From NCBI GenBank assembly GCA_036630325.1, contig CP142735.1, forward strand, positions 992,001-1,056,000: a stretch of DNA of 64,000 bases, given 5' to 3'. Positions within the stretch are counted from its first letter, which is position 1, and each line of letters begins with the position of its first letter. The translations under genes were made by a program, and so were the position numbers. Below are positions 26,966 through 40,235 of the stretch, in pieces. Origin of the DNA: Vairimorpha necatrix. Lineage: Eukaryota. A model generated the notes under the pieces. The model searched no databases. It had not been told where the DNA came from and worked only from the letters and a program-made list of their open reading frames with translations.

Positions 26966-28344
26966 TTATTCGTTATCAAGCAATCTTAGATCTCTAGTGT
27001 AAATTTCTTTAGTAATAAGCAATGGATCAGCTTCATTAGATAATTTTACTTTATTAAAATGAAGTATATTCATTACAATATATACATCGACATCCAAATG
27101 TTCGTATAGAGGAAGCCTTCTAGTACTTTGATTATTGTCTAAATATGGTCTTATAAGAACCCTATCTCCCAATTTACATTCATAGAAGTCATTTTTCCAC
27201 ATACTTCTTTCAATCATTCTATTAGCAGCATTTTCAGTATTAAACCGTGCAGATTCGTGGTAAATTTCATTTAAAAAAAAATTTGCATTGTTTAAAGAAT
27301 ATTGTTCTTCGTAATTTACGACGTTATTTTCTTCAAAAACAAATTCTTCTCCTCGTTCTTCTTCCTCGTTTTCAACTTCGTTATTATTTGCAACCGAATC
27401 TATTATATCAGTGATTCTAGATCCTTGCATTATGTCTTTAATGGGCTTACCAAACATCAAACTAAATGTAGTTTGTTTAGTTGTTGAATGCCTTAAGTTG
27501 TTATATGCCCAGTTAACTTCTTGGCGTACTATGGTCCATTGCCCTAAGATATTCTTCGACCTCAGAGTAGATGCAATCATCCATTTAATTGTTTGATTGC
27601 ATCGTTCTAACTGTCCTTGTATCCAAGGACATCTAGCTCTTCCTCTTACATGTCTTATTTCATACTTTACACATAAATTCACGATATATTGATTAACAAA
27701 TTCTATACCGTTGTCGGTATGAAGTATAAAACAAGATCCAAACGTATTGAATAGTGTTTCAAAGGCATCCCGCACACTAATGCCAGTTTTGTCACGCAAT
27801 GGAATCGTCCAACAGAACTTGGTAAATGAATTCACTACTTTAAGTAACCATTTATATCCATCATTGAGTTCGTGATACAATCGAAGATCAATCAAATCAG
27901 CAATATACCTTTCTCTAGGATATTTTGAAATGATTGGTCTAATAACTGGTCTAGTTATTAGATTTCTTCTTGCTTGACAAATATCACAACTTTTCAAAAC
28001 TCTCAGTACTTCGTTTTGAGTAACGTCGTATACTTTTGATTGTAACAATGGATACAATCTGTAACGCTTTGATGTCCATTGGAAACATGAATCAGTTTGA
28101 TGAAATCCGATTTCAAACACTGCTCATTGGGTGTAAAGAATCTCAATGATCTATATTGATCTACTTTAAACCTCACAGTTAGTTCAAAATTTCCATTGTT
28201 GTTTTCTTCAAACAACATGAAACGTTCAGCTTTTCTTTTAAAATTTTTACGATCAACTTTGTCCAACAACGTTGGTGGCAGCTGATCATATAATAAAAAA
28301 TTGTAAACTTCTTGTCTTTTATCATTGTTCATTTTTATTCTCAT
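26966..28344 (-). CDS. Integrase-like transposase (HHCC zinc finger + rve DDE core), one frameshift near 28070
   Basis: ORFs 28003..28359 and 26966..28120 join as HVSNGH/RYRLY...CDIC, then ADLID, HTDNGIEF and QGQLERCN (D, D, E). ATG at 28344 follows GGGG; ATG at 28332 is an alternative. Confidence 0.82.
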
Positions 28345-28443
28345 AACCCCACAAAACAAAAAATTATTTACTATAAATTGAAGGATAATTTTACTGTAAT
28401 TTCTTAATAATATTTTTTTTCCTTTCTAAGTAAATTTTGTTCA

Positions 28444-28486
28444 CCTTCGAGAGGTCCTGGGTTCGATCCCCCCAGAGCTCGTTTTT
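28444..28486 (+). promoter_or_regulatory. tRNA 3'-half / Pol III B-box motif in the right TIR
   Basis: CCTTCGAGAGGTCCTGGGTTCGATCCCCCCAGAGCTCGTTTTT: variable loop AGGTC, T-arm with B-box GGTTCGATCCC, then T5. No A-box or 5' half visible. Confidence 0.7.
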
Positions 28487-30385
28487 AAGGTTCCCTCTAC
28501 TAACTGCGACATGAAATAATAAATTTTAGCCGGTATCATAATTTTCAGCTCTAATTTTCAACTTCTAATTGTTAAGAGTCTAAAAAAAGATTTTGATTTA
28601 TATTGCAACAAGAACAAAGCTATAATATATTTTTTTTGTTATTTCAGGGTTATATATATTACACAAAAAGCTATAAACTACATTAAAAAATTATTTAAAA
28701 TAAATGTATTAATTCACATGACATAATTTATAGTATCTAACACTATATAAAACATTTCATCTCTCAATTACACATTAGTAATATGATAATCGACGTTTTG
28801 ATAAAAAATTATAAAAGATTCTATATCACAATCTAAGTGGATTTTTTATTTAAAATAAAATTTTGTTGCGATGATTTATTTTTATTCAATTAGCATAATC
28901 AATATTAAAATTCATCTAAAATTACTTTAATTTTGATTTTATAGTACAATTTGTAATCTTAATTAAACCCGTACAGCCCAATAATATTAATATAAGGCTA
29001 AATTTGTTGATAGACACATATAAGTTTAATAGTATTCTTATTGGACATACCAATAAGCGAGTATCTAAATGTTTGAGTTGATCCGATAAATAGTATAGTC
29101 ATAAACTTCCAAAATATTATAATTAATTCTTTATACATTAACTCAATTGGCGGACATTTATTCAATTTGCTAAAAATAGTTTGAGTTTTATGTTTTTCGT
29201 ATATGTGATTAGTGTTTGTAAATACTAACATCAAATTTATTGTTGGAATTTCTTATTTTTAATATCATTTATACAAATAAAAAGTATTTCCTTTATTCTC
29301 TGTCCATTCTCTCACGGGGGTATAAATTTAAACAGCACGCTTTTTAATTTAACTTATTGTTTTATTATATCATTCACAGTTTTAAATGCTATATTAGAAT
29401 TTTAAAGTCATGTTTATTTTTTTTTTGTATAACCGATCCAAAATGTAATCTAAATTGTGATAAATTTTTTAGACCTATCCTAACAAAATTTTATGTACTA
29501 ACAACCATCTTAAATGCAAAAAATAGATTGTTTTTATTTAACTTTTAAACCTTTTGTTTATCTCTAAAAAAAACTTTCCATCTTGAAATTTTTATATAGA
29601 TTCAAGTTTTGCACCAATTTTAACTTCTACTGCTTTTGCATTTTTAGCTTCAAAAATCAAAATTTAAAAGTAGAATCACTTAGGACAGTGCATATAAAAA
29701 TTATGCTATAATAATAGATTATTTCTATAGTAATTAATACAAAATTCTAACCATTTTCATGAAAAAAAAATGCATTTACAACAATAACATAAAATGTTCT
29801 AAATTTTCTACATTAGTCTATAACACCGCAGGATAACATATAATATATACAAAAAATATGAAACAAACATATAGATAAAGAAACATCGGCATTAAATTTG
29901 GTTTTCATGAATTAATTTAATACTTTAGTCAATTTATGAAGGAGTAAATATGATATTGCAAACCAAATTATACATCTGGATAAAAGGGATTTAATACATT
30001 TAGCTTTTCATACTTGGTTCGAAATGTTTTAGATATCTACGTCTTTTACTTTATTTTTATTAGAACGTACAAAGTACAGTCAAAATTTTTGAGATTATAA
30101 CGCCAGTAGAAATAATATTTTATTACAGTATCTTATAAAATTACATCATCTTCAACGTTATGTTGGATATTGACTATATTTTATCATAGCTTTAGGGTTG
30201 AAGAAGCATTTAATTTACTACGTATACAAAATTAAGACTACAACCAAAAAACAAATTTATTTAGCAATTCACATGATTAAGTATATAAATATCTTCTTTC
30301 AATTCATATTAGAATAATTATTTTAAAATTTATTTTAAGAAAAAATATAGTAATTAAATATACAACAAATAATGATTCCTTCTTT

Positions 30386-31530
30386 CTAATACAAAAATGG
30401 ATTAGATCCCAACTGATGAGTCGCAAATAATGAAGTAAGACCTACAAAAAACAATGTTCCTGGATTATAATTAAACGTTCGCCCTACGTTACTGACTTTG
30501 TCATATATTTTCGATATATTATCCTGACTTCTGATATTATCATATTCTTGATTTTCTATGCTCATGTTTTCTTTTTTTACTGCATCCCCCTTTTTTAATG
30601 TTGTAATTTGCTTTTCTTGATTGTATATAGATTTATTTACTTTTCTATTAGTATATTCATATTCTTGCATATTTTTTACATTGTCATTGATGTTTATAAG
30701 CTCTTTAATCTTAATTTCTGCAATATTATTTTCGTGGACGTCGCTTTTAAAATCTTGGTTTTTCGAACTCGTTTTCTTTTGAATTTTATTTTTATTGTTT
30801 TCTTCATTAATTTTTTTGCCTCCTTCGGTAGAAATATTCTTCTCTTTTATTTTAACCTGCTTATTATCTTGATTATGTTCTCTTGATAATTCTATTGTAT
30901 TGTAATTGGATGTTTCCCCCACTATACTAAAATTAGTTGCGTTAAGATCACTAATTTCGTATAAATCATCAATAAATGGTTGTAGTTTATCTTTTTTAAA
31001 AACTTGAGAAATAAAAATATACGTTGAATCTACTTTTACTTCAATATATCTATTAATAATATTTCTAAATTTAAAAAGATCTAATTTTTCATATTGGAAT
31101 TTATACATAGTAGAGTTTGAAATAATAATCTCGTTTGTATGGCAATTTCTTTAATAAAATAATATACTGATAAATCTTTGCCCCCTTGAGGTTTTGTTGG
31201 TTTAATATCCCAGTTCTCAGAACTTAAAAATTCATAATATAAATAATATACAAAGTCTTTTTTTTGAATTTCATATTCAGCCCCATTGAGCGCTCTTGGC
31301 CAAGCAAGTTGCCTCTTCATAGGAAATTTCATATTATTCAAAATCGATTCGAAGATTAATCTTGAGTATTCTAAGCACAAGATGTTGTTTATAATTATAT
31401 TGTTTATGGGATTATATGGTTCCCGGAATATATCTTTACATTCATCAAAGTCTCTCTTTATTTCTTTAGATGTATTAATGGCTATTAATAATTGAATATT
31501 TCCCATAATTGTTAACAGAATAAAATACAT
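30386..31530 (-). CDS. Putative surface/secreted protein with C-terminal hydrophobic tail, split by one frameshift (approx. 31110-31150)
   Basis: ACCCACATATG start at 31530; signal-like MYFILLTIMGNIQLLIA; overlapping ORFs 31081..31584 and 30386..31108; K/N/E-rich low-complexity region, then GTLFFVGLTSLFAT. Confidence 0.7.
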
Positions 31531-34500
31531 ATGTGGGTATAGCGAAACTTTTATAAAAATATCAAAAATTTTACTAATGTTCAAAAAAACATATTCATAT
31601 CGGTTTTTATATTCAAATAATAAGAATTTACTTAAGTGATTTAATAATTATAGGTATGTTACTCATTAATTTTTTATATTGATCATATGGAAATAAACAT
31701 TTGATCGAAGATTACAAATTAATTTCAATAACACTTTTTTTTCATAGGATTGTTCACATTTCTCTAATGGTATTTATGGCAAATTAAATATAATTTTTAG
31801 ATAATTTAAAATATATTGTAGAACAATATTTTTTACATGTTTTCTGCATATATTGCATTCTGTTTAAGCAAATATTTTTGATTTAATTTAAAATAGTAAC
31901 TAGATGTGATTTACTAGATTTCAGCCATCAAAATAGAAATATAGTAATTCCTCACAAAAAAAGCAGTATGAATATTTATGAACAAATATGTAGTAGTATT
32001 AACAGAGATAACAGTGATCATAAAGTTACATAGAATATATATTTGTGATTTTTAATGCCTGAAGAATACACCGATTTTGTATGCATTGACTAACAAAATT
32101 ATATTATGTATCATTATGTCCGAGAGTATATTGTTTAATATTATTTTTTCTTATTTTAAATAGACACAAAAATTTAGTTTTTAGCAATTTTTTCTCAAAC
32201 TCATTTCATATTGTTTTTATAAGTAAAAAAATTGAATTAAGTTTTTCTTAATTTACAAAGATGTAGCTTGAATTTATTTTTTATATGTAAAGGATTAATC
32301 CATCCAAAATCTGGGTATTGTTATATTGCGTTTCACATAACATTTTTTTCAAATCAAGTGATAGAATGTAATCCAAAGACATATTTTATCTAGAAAGTAT
32401 CTCAAGTTGAACTAGATATATTCTTTAATTGCGTTAAGTTTGCAGTGCTGATTAAAAATAGCTTATGTGATTTTTTGAATAGTGTATTTTAATATTTACG
32501 TATAAAACATAAGACATTAGTTAAGTATGTTATATTATATAGTATTCTAATCAGACAATCTGGAAAGAATATGCCTTGCTTAATAGTAGAAACAAAGACA
32601 TTAAGATAATAAAACTTGCATTTTAAAATAATTTAATCAACCATAAAAGTTGGTATTTATTATATAGTTTATTATATGTAAATATACAAAATTAAATATC
32701 TAAAACCAAGTTAAATTATATATTACTATGTACAACTTATAGATTTGAATAAGAACAACATATTAGAGGCTTTAATTTCGTTTAAAACGTTGTTATATTT
32801 TGATATATATTAGAGTATTATTAATTTATTTAATATAAAAAAAATTTAAAAACTGTATTTGTGCAAATTCTATAAAAACAAAGAAATAGAAGATTAAATG
32901 ATTATTTTAGGTATTTTTGTATTTAATAAAAACAATAATAATAATCTAATATTTTTGCATCAACTAAAAAAAATTTAGTTTGGTCAATACACGACAAAAA
33001 AGAATTTAAAAATTTATTTAGTGCTTTACTTATAAAAACTTTGGATGTAAACAAAACAAGATAAACAAAGGGTTATAAACATTCTAACTTAAATCTTGAC
33101 TGTTTAAGCCTAACTCAGTTTTAAATGTGTTTTTCATGAATATTTTGGTTTTTACATAACTGTTAGTATTTAATGGTTGTTATAAAATTAGATATAGGAC
33201 ATTACAATAAGTTTTTAGAAGAAGCAATACATTACGGATACAATTTTTTATACTATGGTTAAATTACTGTATTTAGATTTTTTGTAAGGTTTCCTAAATA
33301 TTTTTTAATTAAAATATGGTTTTAAAAAACATGTTAAACGTGCTAATAAGCATAAAGTTAGTTTTAACCATTTTAGTTAGATTGTAACGACTATATTTAG
33401 GTTGGCTCATATATGGTTCTTTAGATATTTAAATTATTAGCTTGAGTGTGGTCTTACATGTAATACAAAACAGAGCCGAGCACAGGTATACTGCTTAAAT
33501 CGTTTCAATACTATTTTTAAATTATTTTAGCGAGTATTTTAGAACGACGTACTTTACAACAAAGGGGTTATAAAGACCAGAGTTTTAGGTTTATTATTTT
33601 TATCGCAAGAGTAATAAATTTGAGATAAAAAAAGTAAAACACAACTATCTATTTGCATTTTACATAAGAACACACCAAATAAATACCTCGAAGTGTTTGG
33701 ATAAAGATTTTTCTAATATAGAATATCAATTATAGCTGTAAAAATAAGAAATATATATATATGAGAATTGCAATAAAACAAACTCTTATATGATCAAATT
33801 AATAAAAAATTATTCTGACTGCGTATTTATTTGATGTTGTTTCATACTAGTGAAAACAACTTTTATTACTTCTTATATATTTACTTTACAAAGAATTGTC
33901 AAATACAAATATTCATAAAGTCTAAGTATAAAAAAATATCTTTGAATTTATATTATTTTAAAACGTCTAAATTTATGTTAAATACAATCGAAATATAATA
34001 TCTTAAAAATTACATAATCTCCTACATACGAAAATGTTTTAGCGTATCTAAAAACCTTAAGTGTTATCAAGAAATTGGCTTTCCATTATTATATTTCTAT
34101 GTATATGTGCTTACAGGAATTTTAATATTTTTCATAATGTCTCAATTCTTCTACTAAACTAAGTTTATGAGTTAATGTATCTGTGCTATAACATGCATGA
34201 ACTTATTTCTCATGTCCTCTTGCAGTTATTAAATACATTTTTAAAATAAACCTACTTAATAAATTTTTATAAAGAGCGATAAAATTAGCGAGGTCATGTT
34301 AGATTATAACCCATAAATACCGCATTCGTTAGGCATTAATATTATGAGTAAAGCATAAATATCCTACCATCCTGCCAAAAATTTAATTTGAAAAGAATAT
34401 TTTCAAAATAAAAAAAATATATTCATTCAATGAGATATATATGTATGTTTAAATATAAAAGTAAAAATTTTTTAGTGCTTATGGAAAATTATTTAGTAAC

Positions 34501-37500
34501 GAAGAGAATTTTTATTGACTTACATTGTTTTTTATGTGTTAGGTTTCATTGGCGCAACATTTTGAGCCCTAACTTGTCTCTCTCTAGGAAAAACCTTAGA
34601 GAGAAACGAAAAAACAAAAACAGTTATCTTTATAGAACTTCAAAAACTCATTAAAACCATTTTGTAATTCTTGATAGTTAAAAATTGCATCTTCTTTCCT
34701 TTTAAATTCTTTTAATATTACAGAATCGCACTTTCTTTTATTTTATTCCTCATTATTACCGTCGAAATTTGAGATATAATCATATTTCTTCTAATAAATT
34801 TGTAGTCTATCCTATTCGTTTTGTTTCTATATTAATATTGCAACTTGTTCGTCGTTGATAGATTCACTTGCTTTTGATTAGGATTTATGCCCCTCATTAT
34901 ATAAATCGTTACGTTATTAATAAATTTTGTTAAATATGCCCTCCTACGTACAACAAGTTACTGAACTATTTTGATTCTCAATTCGAATATTTACTTGTAA
35001 TTTGTCCTCACCAACCATTTCAGTTTTTACTGTGTTTAATTTTTTTCACTATTTGACTTATTTTTTTTCTATATCCGTTTTGTCGGCCTGTGTCACATCT
35101 TTGTCTTACCTTTTGTTAATGTTATTATTTATTTTTTCAGTGCTTCATAAATTATTTTTATAGCCTTGAAGACACTGGAAGCGACAAACGGAAATTTTTG
35201 TTTAGTTATGTGTAGACTGGTTTTCAGAAAATGTACAGGAAATAACTATTGTTTTATATTGGTTTGAGAGAGTAAAAAATATAGTTTTATCAAAAATTTC
35301 GATTAAGTTTTCATCCCGTCTTACCTACAATAATTGGGCAGTCTATATTAAATATCGGGAGTTACTAACATCATCCTAGAACAATTCGTCAAATCTATAG
35401 TTGTTTTGTATAAATTTTTATCGACTGACCAGCATATTGCCCCAAATGAGAGTTGCATATTTTTAAACTAATATTTAGCAGCTCAAGACATACATTAGAA
35501 TTATAATATTGCAAAAATCATTTTTAGTTAAGGTATATAAAGACTTAAGAAAAGACATTTTAATGAAATTTCAACAAAAGAATTAAATTTCAAGTTTTGT
35601 GGACATGATTCGTACAAAACATTCCACTACTGTACAGCCTGAGCTCGGATTCGGTAGTAAAAAATAATAAAGTTTTGACTCAGATCGTTACCTCATTTTA
35701 TTTCATTTTTTATTTCTAGATTAGAATAGCTCTATCAAAAAAATATTTTAAAAGTATTTTAGTGTGTAAATTACATCTGATGTTGTTAAGTATTTTCAAC
35801 TCTCGCGATATTACAGCCTCAATAGGTTTTAAATACTATTGTTCATTGGGGTTGCGGAATTGATGATCAATCCAAGCGTATAATTTGTACAAGAAAATTT
35901 TGCAAAGTAATATTTTATTCTCATATATAAAATTATGGATCACACAATAGCATCTAACCCGATAACTATTCCTGACTAAAAAATCATGAAGTTCAAAGTC
36001 CCCTCACTTTTAATTCTTGTATTAAATTAATTCTTCTCAGCAATCTAGATTACGAATTGTCCAAACTTTTTTTAAATTAATTACTTTATTATTTTTAAAG
36101 TGATCTCAAAATCAAATAAACAGATAACATATATGTATATGTGTAAAATAGCATTATTAATAAAATTGAAAGCAATAGTATCATTATATGTTATAGATGT
36201 TTCTAACCACAACTTCAATGTGAATTAAGCAAGGTATATTATCAGACCTTTATGTATCATCTATTATATAATTTTTGCCTAAAAAACAAAATTAAAAAAA
36301 GTTTGTTAATTATATATATTTGAAAACTCTTAATGCATTTAAAAAAAAATGAAACTATTTTGCATGCACAACTTTGTCTATAACTTAGCAAAAAAATACC
36401 AAACTTCATGATTGTTTTTTCATTGTATGTCTTTTTAGATGCTTTTGTTTAAATTTTTTTTTCATAACAAGAAAAATGTTAATAGAAATACATAAAAGAT
36501 TATGACCATTAGAAATTTTTTTTAAAATTGTCTATGTGGCAAAAATAAAAATTAGATAAATTTTATACTAATAATTTTATAAGACAAGAAATTTGTAATA
36601 TTAACCTATATTAAAATCAAATTTTACTCGTATACATTTCTATTTTTTATTATATAAACAAAATCGGAATTACTATCTACTCATAGCTCTTCCATAATCA
36701 ATCTGGTTTTTATTGCAACCAAAAACAAGCAATTAAAATAAATGTTAGTTTGCACTTTCGGCAGGAACAAAAAAAATTAGTACGATCTAAAATAACTTAA
36801 ATATCTAACTAAGTAACATAAGAAATATGATTAAAAGTTTTTTTGTTTGTGCTCTTGTATAATTATGAATTTAGACTAACATAAATTCTAAAACATTGTC
36901 AAAAATTAATACCATTTAAGACATTCACATATGCAATTTATAAATTATATGTGTATTATAAACTAAAGAATACCTCTGACCTTTGTTTTAATATTAAAAC
37001 CCAAATCAATTATTCTTACCTCTAAAACTAAATATATAATCCTTAAGATAAAATTCGACACTAGATTTATACAAAAAAGTTTTAGTTAGATTTAGCAAAA
37101 GAAATTTTATCAATTATATATTGTAAAAGAGTAAGCTATGTGCCAATCATAAAGGAAAATATTGGAACAATGGATTAAAATTGTTGAGAATAAATTAAAG
37201 CACTAAAGTTTGAGTGTCACAATTTTTTTCTCATCGGCTTTAAAAAATTATAAAACAGGAAAAGGAAAATACAAATGATTCCGGTGTACAAAATTACTTG
37301 ATGTGATTACTCTTAATTTCGCATCTAAAAAGTTTTGCTAATTTTTTGATAGAGAGGTATTATTGTTAATTATCTTATACATCTTATTATATCATCCTGA
37401 CAATTATTTATTTTAAAGAAAAAGTCATAAATAAAATGTTACAAGATAAATACACCTTATAAAATTTAAATAGAAAATAAGAGTAAACTTCATGATTGGT

Positions 37501-38267
37501 TCTTTGATGGTTTTCTGTTGTTCTTATGAGGGTTTAAATTGAATCAGATTTATTTCGATATCTATACATATCAAAAGTATTTAAACATAATTTATAATCT
37601 AAAAGTTATATAAGGATAAAACAATTAAGAAAATGCAATCTTTGTAATCTATTAAAAAATATATTTAATGATTATTAATATTATTTGTCACAAATAAACA
37701 TTAATTACTAAATAATTTACTAAAAGGAACATTTAAAACAAGGTTTTTATCATCATTATTTTCACATAAATCTTAATATAAAAATAGGCTGGCTTTTAAA
37801 ACTACGATAGTCATTAGTTAATTGTTTGTGCTTATTATATCTTCATTATGTAAGTTGCTAAAACATTTTAGCAATTATCGCCTAAAATACTCAATTGCAG
37901 GTGAATATAAAGGGAGCAAAAGACATGAACAAGTGTAAAACACTATTTACCTCAATATTGTTTGTATTTCGAAAAGTCAATAATCGTCTTGAGTGTTGAA
38001 AACAAATATCTGATTTCTTAAAAGCAGTGAATACCGACGGTCAGGTATGTTGACCTCATACGTTAACATTTTTAGTTAATTCGGATTGCAAAGAACATTT
38101 ACTTAACGTAAACTATAAATTTTATACTAAAATTAAAATAAAATCTATGATTACTCTCTTAAAAAAAAAACCATGAAAACTATTCTATAAAATTTTTAGA
38201 AAATCTTTGACAGGTTTCCAAATTAGTTTTTTACGTGAAATTAAAATTTTTTCAATTTTTACCCCAC

Positions 38268-40235
38268 ATGAAAATTATTCAAGTTCTTTCTTCAATAGTA
38301 TTAGTCTACTCTTATAATTATGAGTACCTATATAATAATGTGAAGAATACTATAATAAGAAAAATAAAAGAACAAGATTTTTATATGATTTATCATAGTA
38401 AACGCTATTTGAGAGTTATGATCAATTTTGATGCAGATAACAATATTTTAAGAGGAAATATAACAGAGGATGTGTCTCAATCAGAAAATCAATTTTCACA
38501 AGATTTCTTTATTGCACGTGCCGTTTTCCTCGATCCTTCAAATATAGCTGTTGAAATCGAAAATCAACTAAAGAGAACTGGCAAAATTCTAGAAACTGAT
38601 TTTATTGTTTTAGTATATAACCATCATGATTATAATAAATATAATGTAATGAAGGATTTAATTGAGGAAATTAAGAATTTAAATATAAAAAAAAACAGAA
38701 CTTTTACAAAACTACATTACGAATACATTATTAAACAAAATTGTGATTTTGAGAAAATTTTATCAAAAGCAAAATTCGAAAAAACCTGTAATAATGTAGA
38801 ATTAGGAAATTTCGATGTGCCCATTCATCATGTTCGTAAAAACTATAGAAATTATGTTAACTTTAGCATTGACACTGCGAAAATTTGTTATTTTTTTGAA
38901 ATAAGTTACAATGAAATCGACGGAAATTACTTATATAAAAAGTTTATAGCCACAAAGTTGACCCGTAATAACTATTACAAAGATATACAGAGAGGGTTAT
39001 ATTTATTACATAATTTTATAAATAAAAAAGAAAGAGATTTACATCCACAATCAAGTGCATTAAAGTGCACGTATTATAGCATTAAATTTGATAATAAAAA
39101 TTTTATAGAATTACATAAAGAAAATGGAAAAATAATTTTTAACCAAAGAGGTGTTAATTATAGTTATGCTCTACAAAAAAATGAAATGAAAGAAATTGAA
39201 TCAACTTTTAAAAAAATCTCAGACATACAAAATGGTCTAGATTTTATTAAGGTTGAATTATTTTTTGACTTACTAGTGAATAAAAATGAAATAAAAACAA
39301 TTCTTCATAATATCCTCAACAAGCCCGAATCCGCTATAAATTTAATATTTATTCATTTATTACTTTTTGATGGTGTAATAACCGAAAGTGAATTAAAACA
39401 ACTGAGAAAAAATTTTAGGATACATGAAAAAAGAAGAACGTTCTTTAATGTTTTGAAAAACAAACCATTAAATCATATAGAGATGATTTCTCAATCGGCA
39501 AGTGATATGTTAAAACTCTGCATTTTCATAGAAGCAGAAAATTATATGAATGAAAACGATCTGGATTTTGATTCATTATTCTATAAAATTAGAAAGATTG
39601 GTAAACAGATCATCAAACATGAATTTAAAGAAGTAGGATCCTATAAAATTAATCATTCATTAAAAACAAAGATTGATTTAATGAAAATTTATGATGAAGT
39701 TTATTATCATTTGGATGACATTATAAACGTAAATGATGAGTTTGCAAAGATAGTATCCGAGATAATGTGTTTATTTAAGGGCAATGATAATTATTATATA
39801 AATGAAGTTAATTACAAAGGAAATCTAAATGAAATTATGAAGCCATTTAAATATAAAGAAGATTTTATCGAAAGAACTAATAAAGAAATATTAAATAAGT
39901 TGGAGATATATTCCAACGACAAAAAAATAAAAAAAATAATTGGAATAATACAGAAATCACCATTGAGAGAAACACTTGATGAAATAATAACAGAATCTAA
40001 AAATAAAAAAGATATAAATATATTTGATGAAAAAGAAATTGAAAATATAATGTCAGAGTATATTAGAAAAGGAAACAAAGAAATTGAAAAAATATTTAAT
40101 GGTAAAAAAATTAAAAAATTCATAACTATCAAAAATGAAGCATTAATTAAAAAGTATAAAAATAAATTATATGAAGATTTTAAAGATAAAATAACACTTA
40201 TCATGCGTGAAAACATAAGAAAAACTTTTACTTGA
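38268..40235 (+). CDS. Putative secreted protein, family A member 2, with charged helical C-terminal extension
   Basis: ACCCCACATG start at 38268; signal-like MKIIQVLSSIVLVYS; motifs IVLVY, IEEIKNLN, YEYIIKQN, ICYFFEISYNEID, SAINLIF and MLKLCIFIEAE align with 5901..7385. Confidence 0.88.
   Translation: MKIIQVLSSIVLVYSYNYEYLYNNVKNTIIRKIKEQDFYMIYHSKRYLRVMINFDADNNILRGNITEDVSQSENQFSQDFFIARAVFLDPSNIAVEIENQLKRTGKILETDFIVLVYNHHDYNKYNVMKDLIEEIKNLNIKKNRTFTKLHYEYIIKQNCDFEKILSKAKFEKTCNNVELGNFDVPIHHVRKNYRNYVNFSIDTAKICYFFEISYNEIDGNYLYKKFIATKLTRNNYYKDIQRGLYLLHNFINKKERDLHPQSSALKCTYYSIKFDNKNFIELHKENGKIIFNQRGVNYSYALQKNEMKEIESTFKKISDIQNGLDFIKVELFFDLLVNKNEIKTILHNILNKPESAINLIFIHLLLFDGVITESELKQLRKNFRIHEKRRTFFNVLKNKPLNHIEMISQSASDMLKLCIFIEAENYMNENDLDFDSLFYKIRKIGKQIIKHEFKEVGSYKINHSLKTKIDLMKIYDEVYYHLDDIINVNDEFAKIVSEIMCLFKGNDNYYINEVNYKGNLNEIMKPFKYKEDFIERTNKEILNKLEIYSNDKKIKKIIGIIQKSPLRETLDEIITESKNKKDINIFDEKEIENIMSEYIRKGNKEIEKIFNGKKIKKFITIKNEALIKKYKNKLYEDFKDKITLIMRENIRKTFT

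Larger units (their letters stand above)
26730..28511 (-). mobile_element. Ginger2/Tdd-like DNA transposon (integrase-type DDE transposase), 1782 bp
   Basis: TGTC...GACA termini; imperfect TIRs at 26730-26825 and 28444-28511; TGAAA duplicated at 26725-26729 and 28512-28516; single integrase-like gene with no RT and no LTRs. Confidence 0.88.

Noticed and set aside
28444-28480. Complete tRNA gene or SINE
   Set aside because: Only the variable loop, T-arm and 3' side are present, with no D-arm or A-box, and it is mirrored at the other end of the transposon.
34650-35600. Coding-like strand bias suggesting a minus-strand pseudogene (similar patches at 40450-40900, 50050-50550 and 62150-62330)
   Set aside because: No reconstructable frame or motif, so it cannot be assigned.
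39812-40216. Antisense hydrophobic ORFs (also 30608..30886, 27302..27596, 58039..58281, 61017..61418)
   Set aside because: Shadow ORFs opposite A-rich real genes, with F/L/I/S-biased composition.
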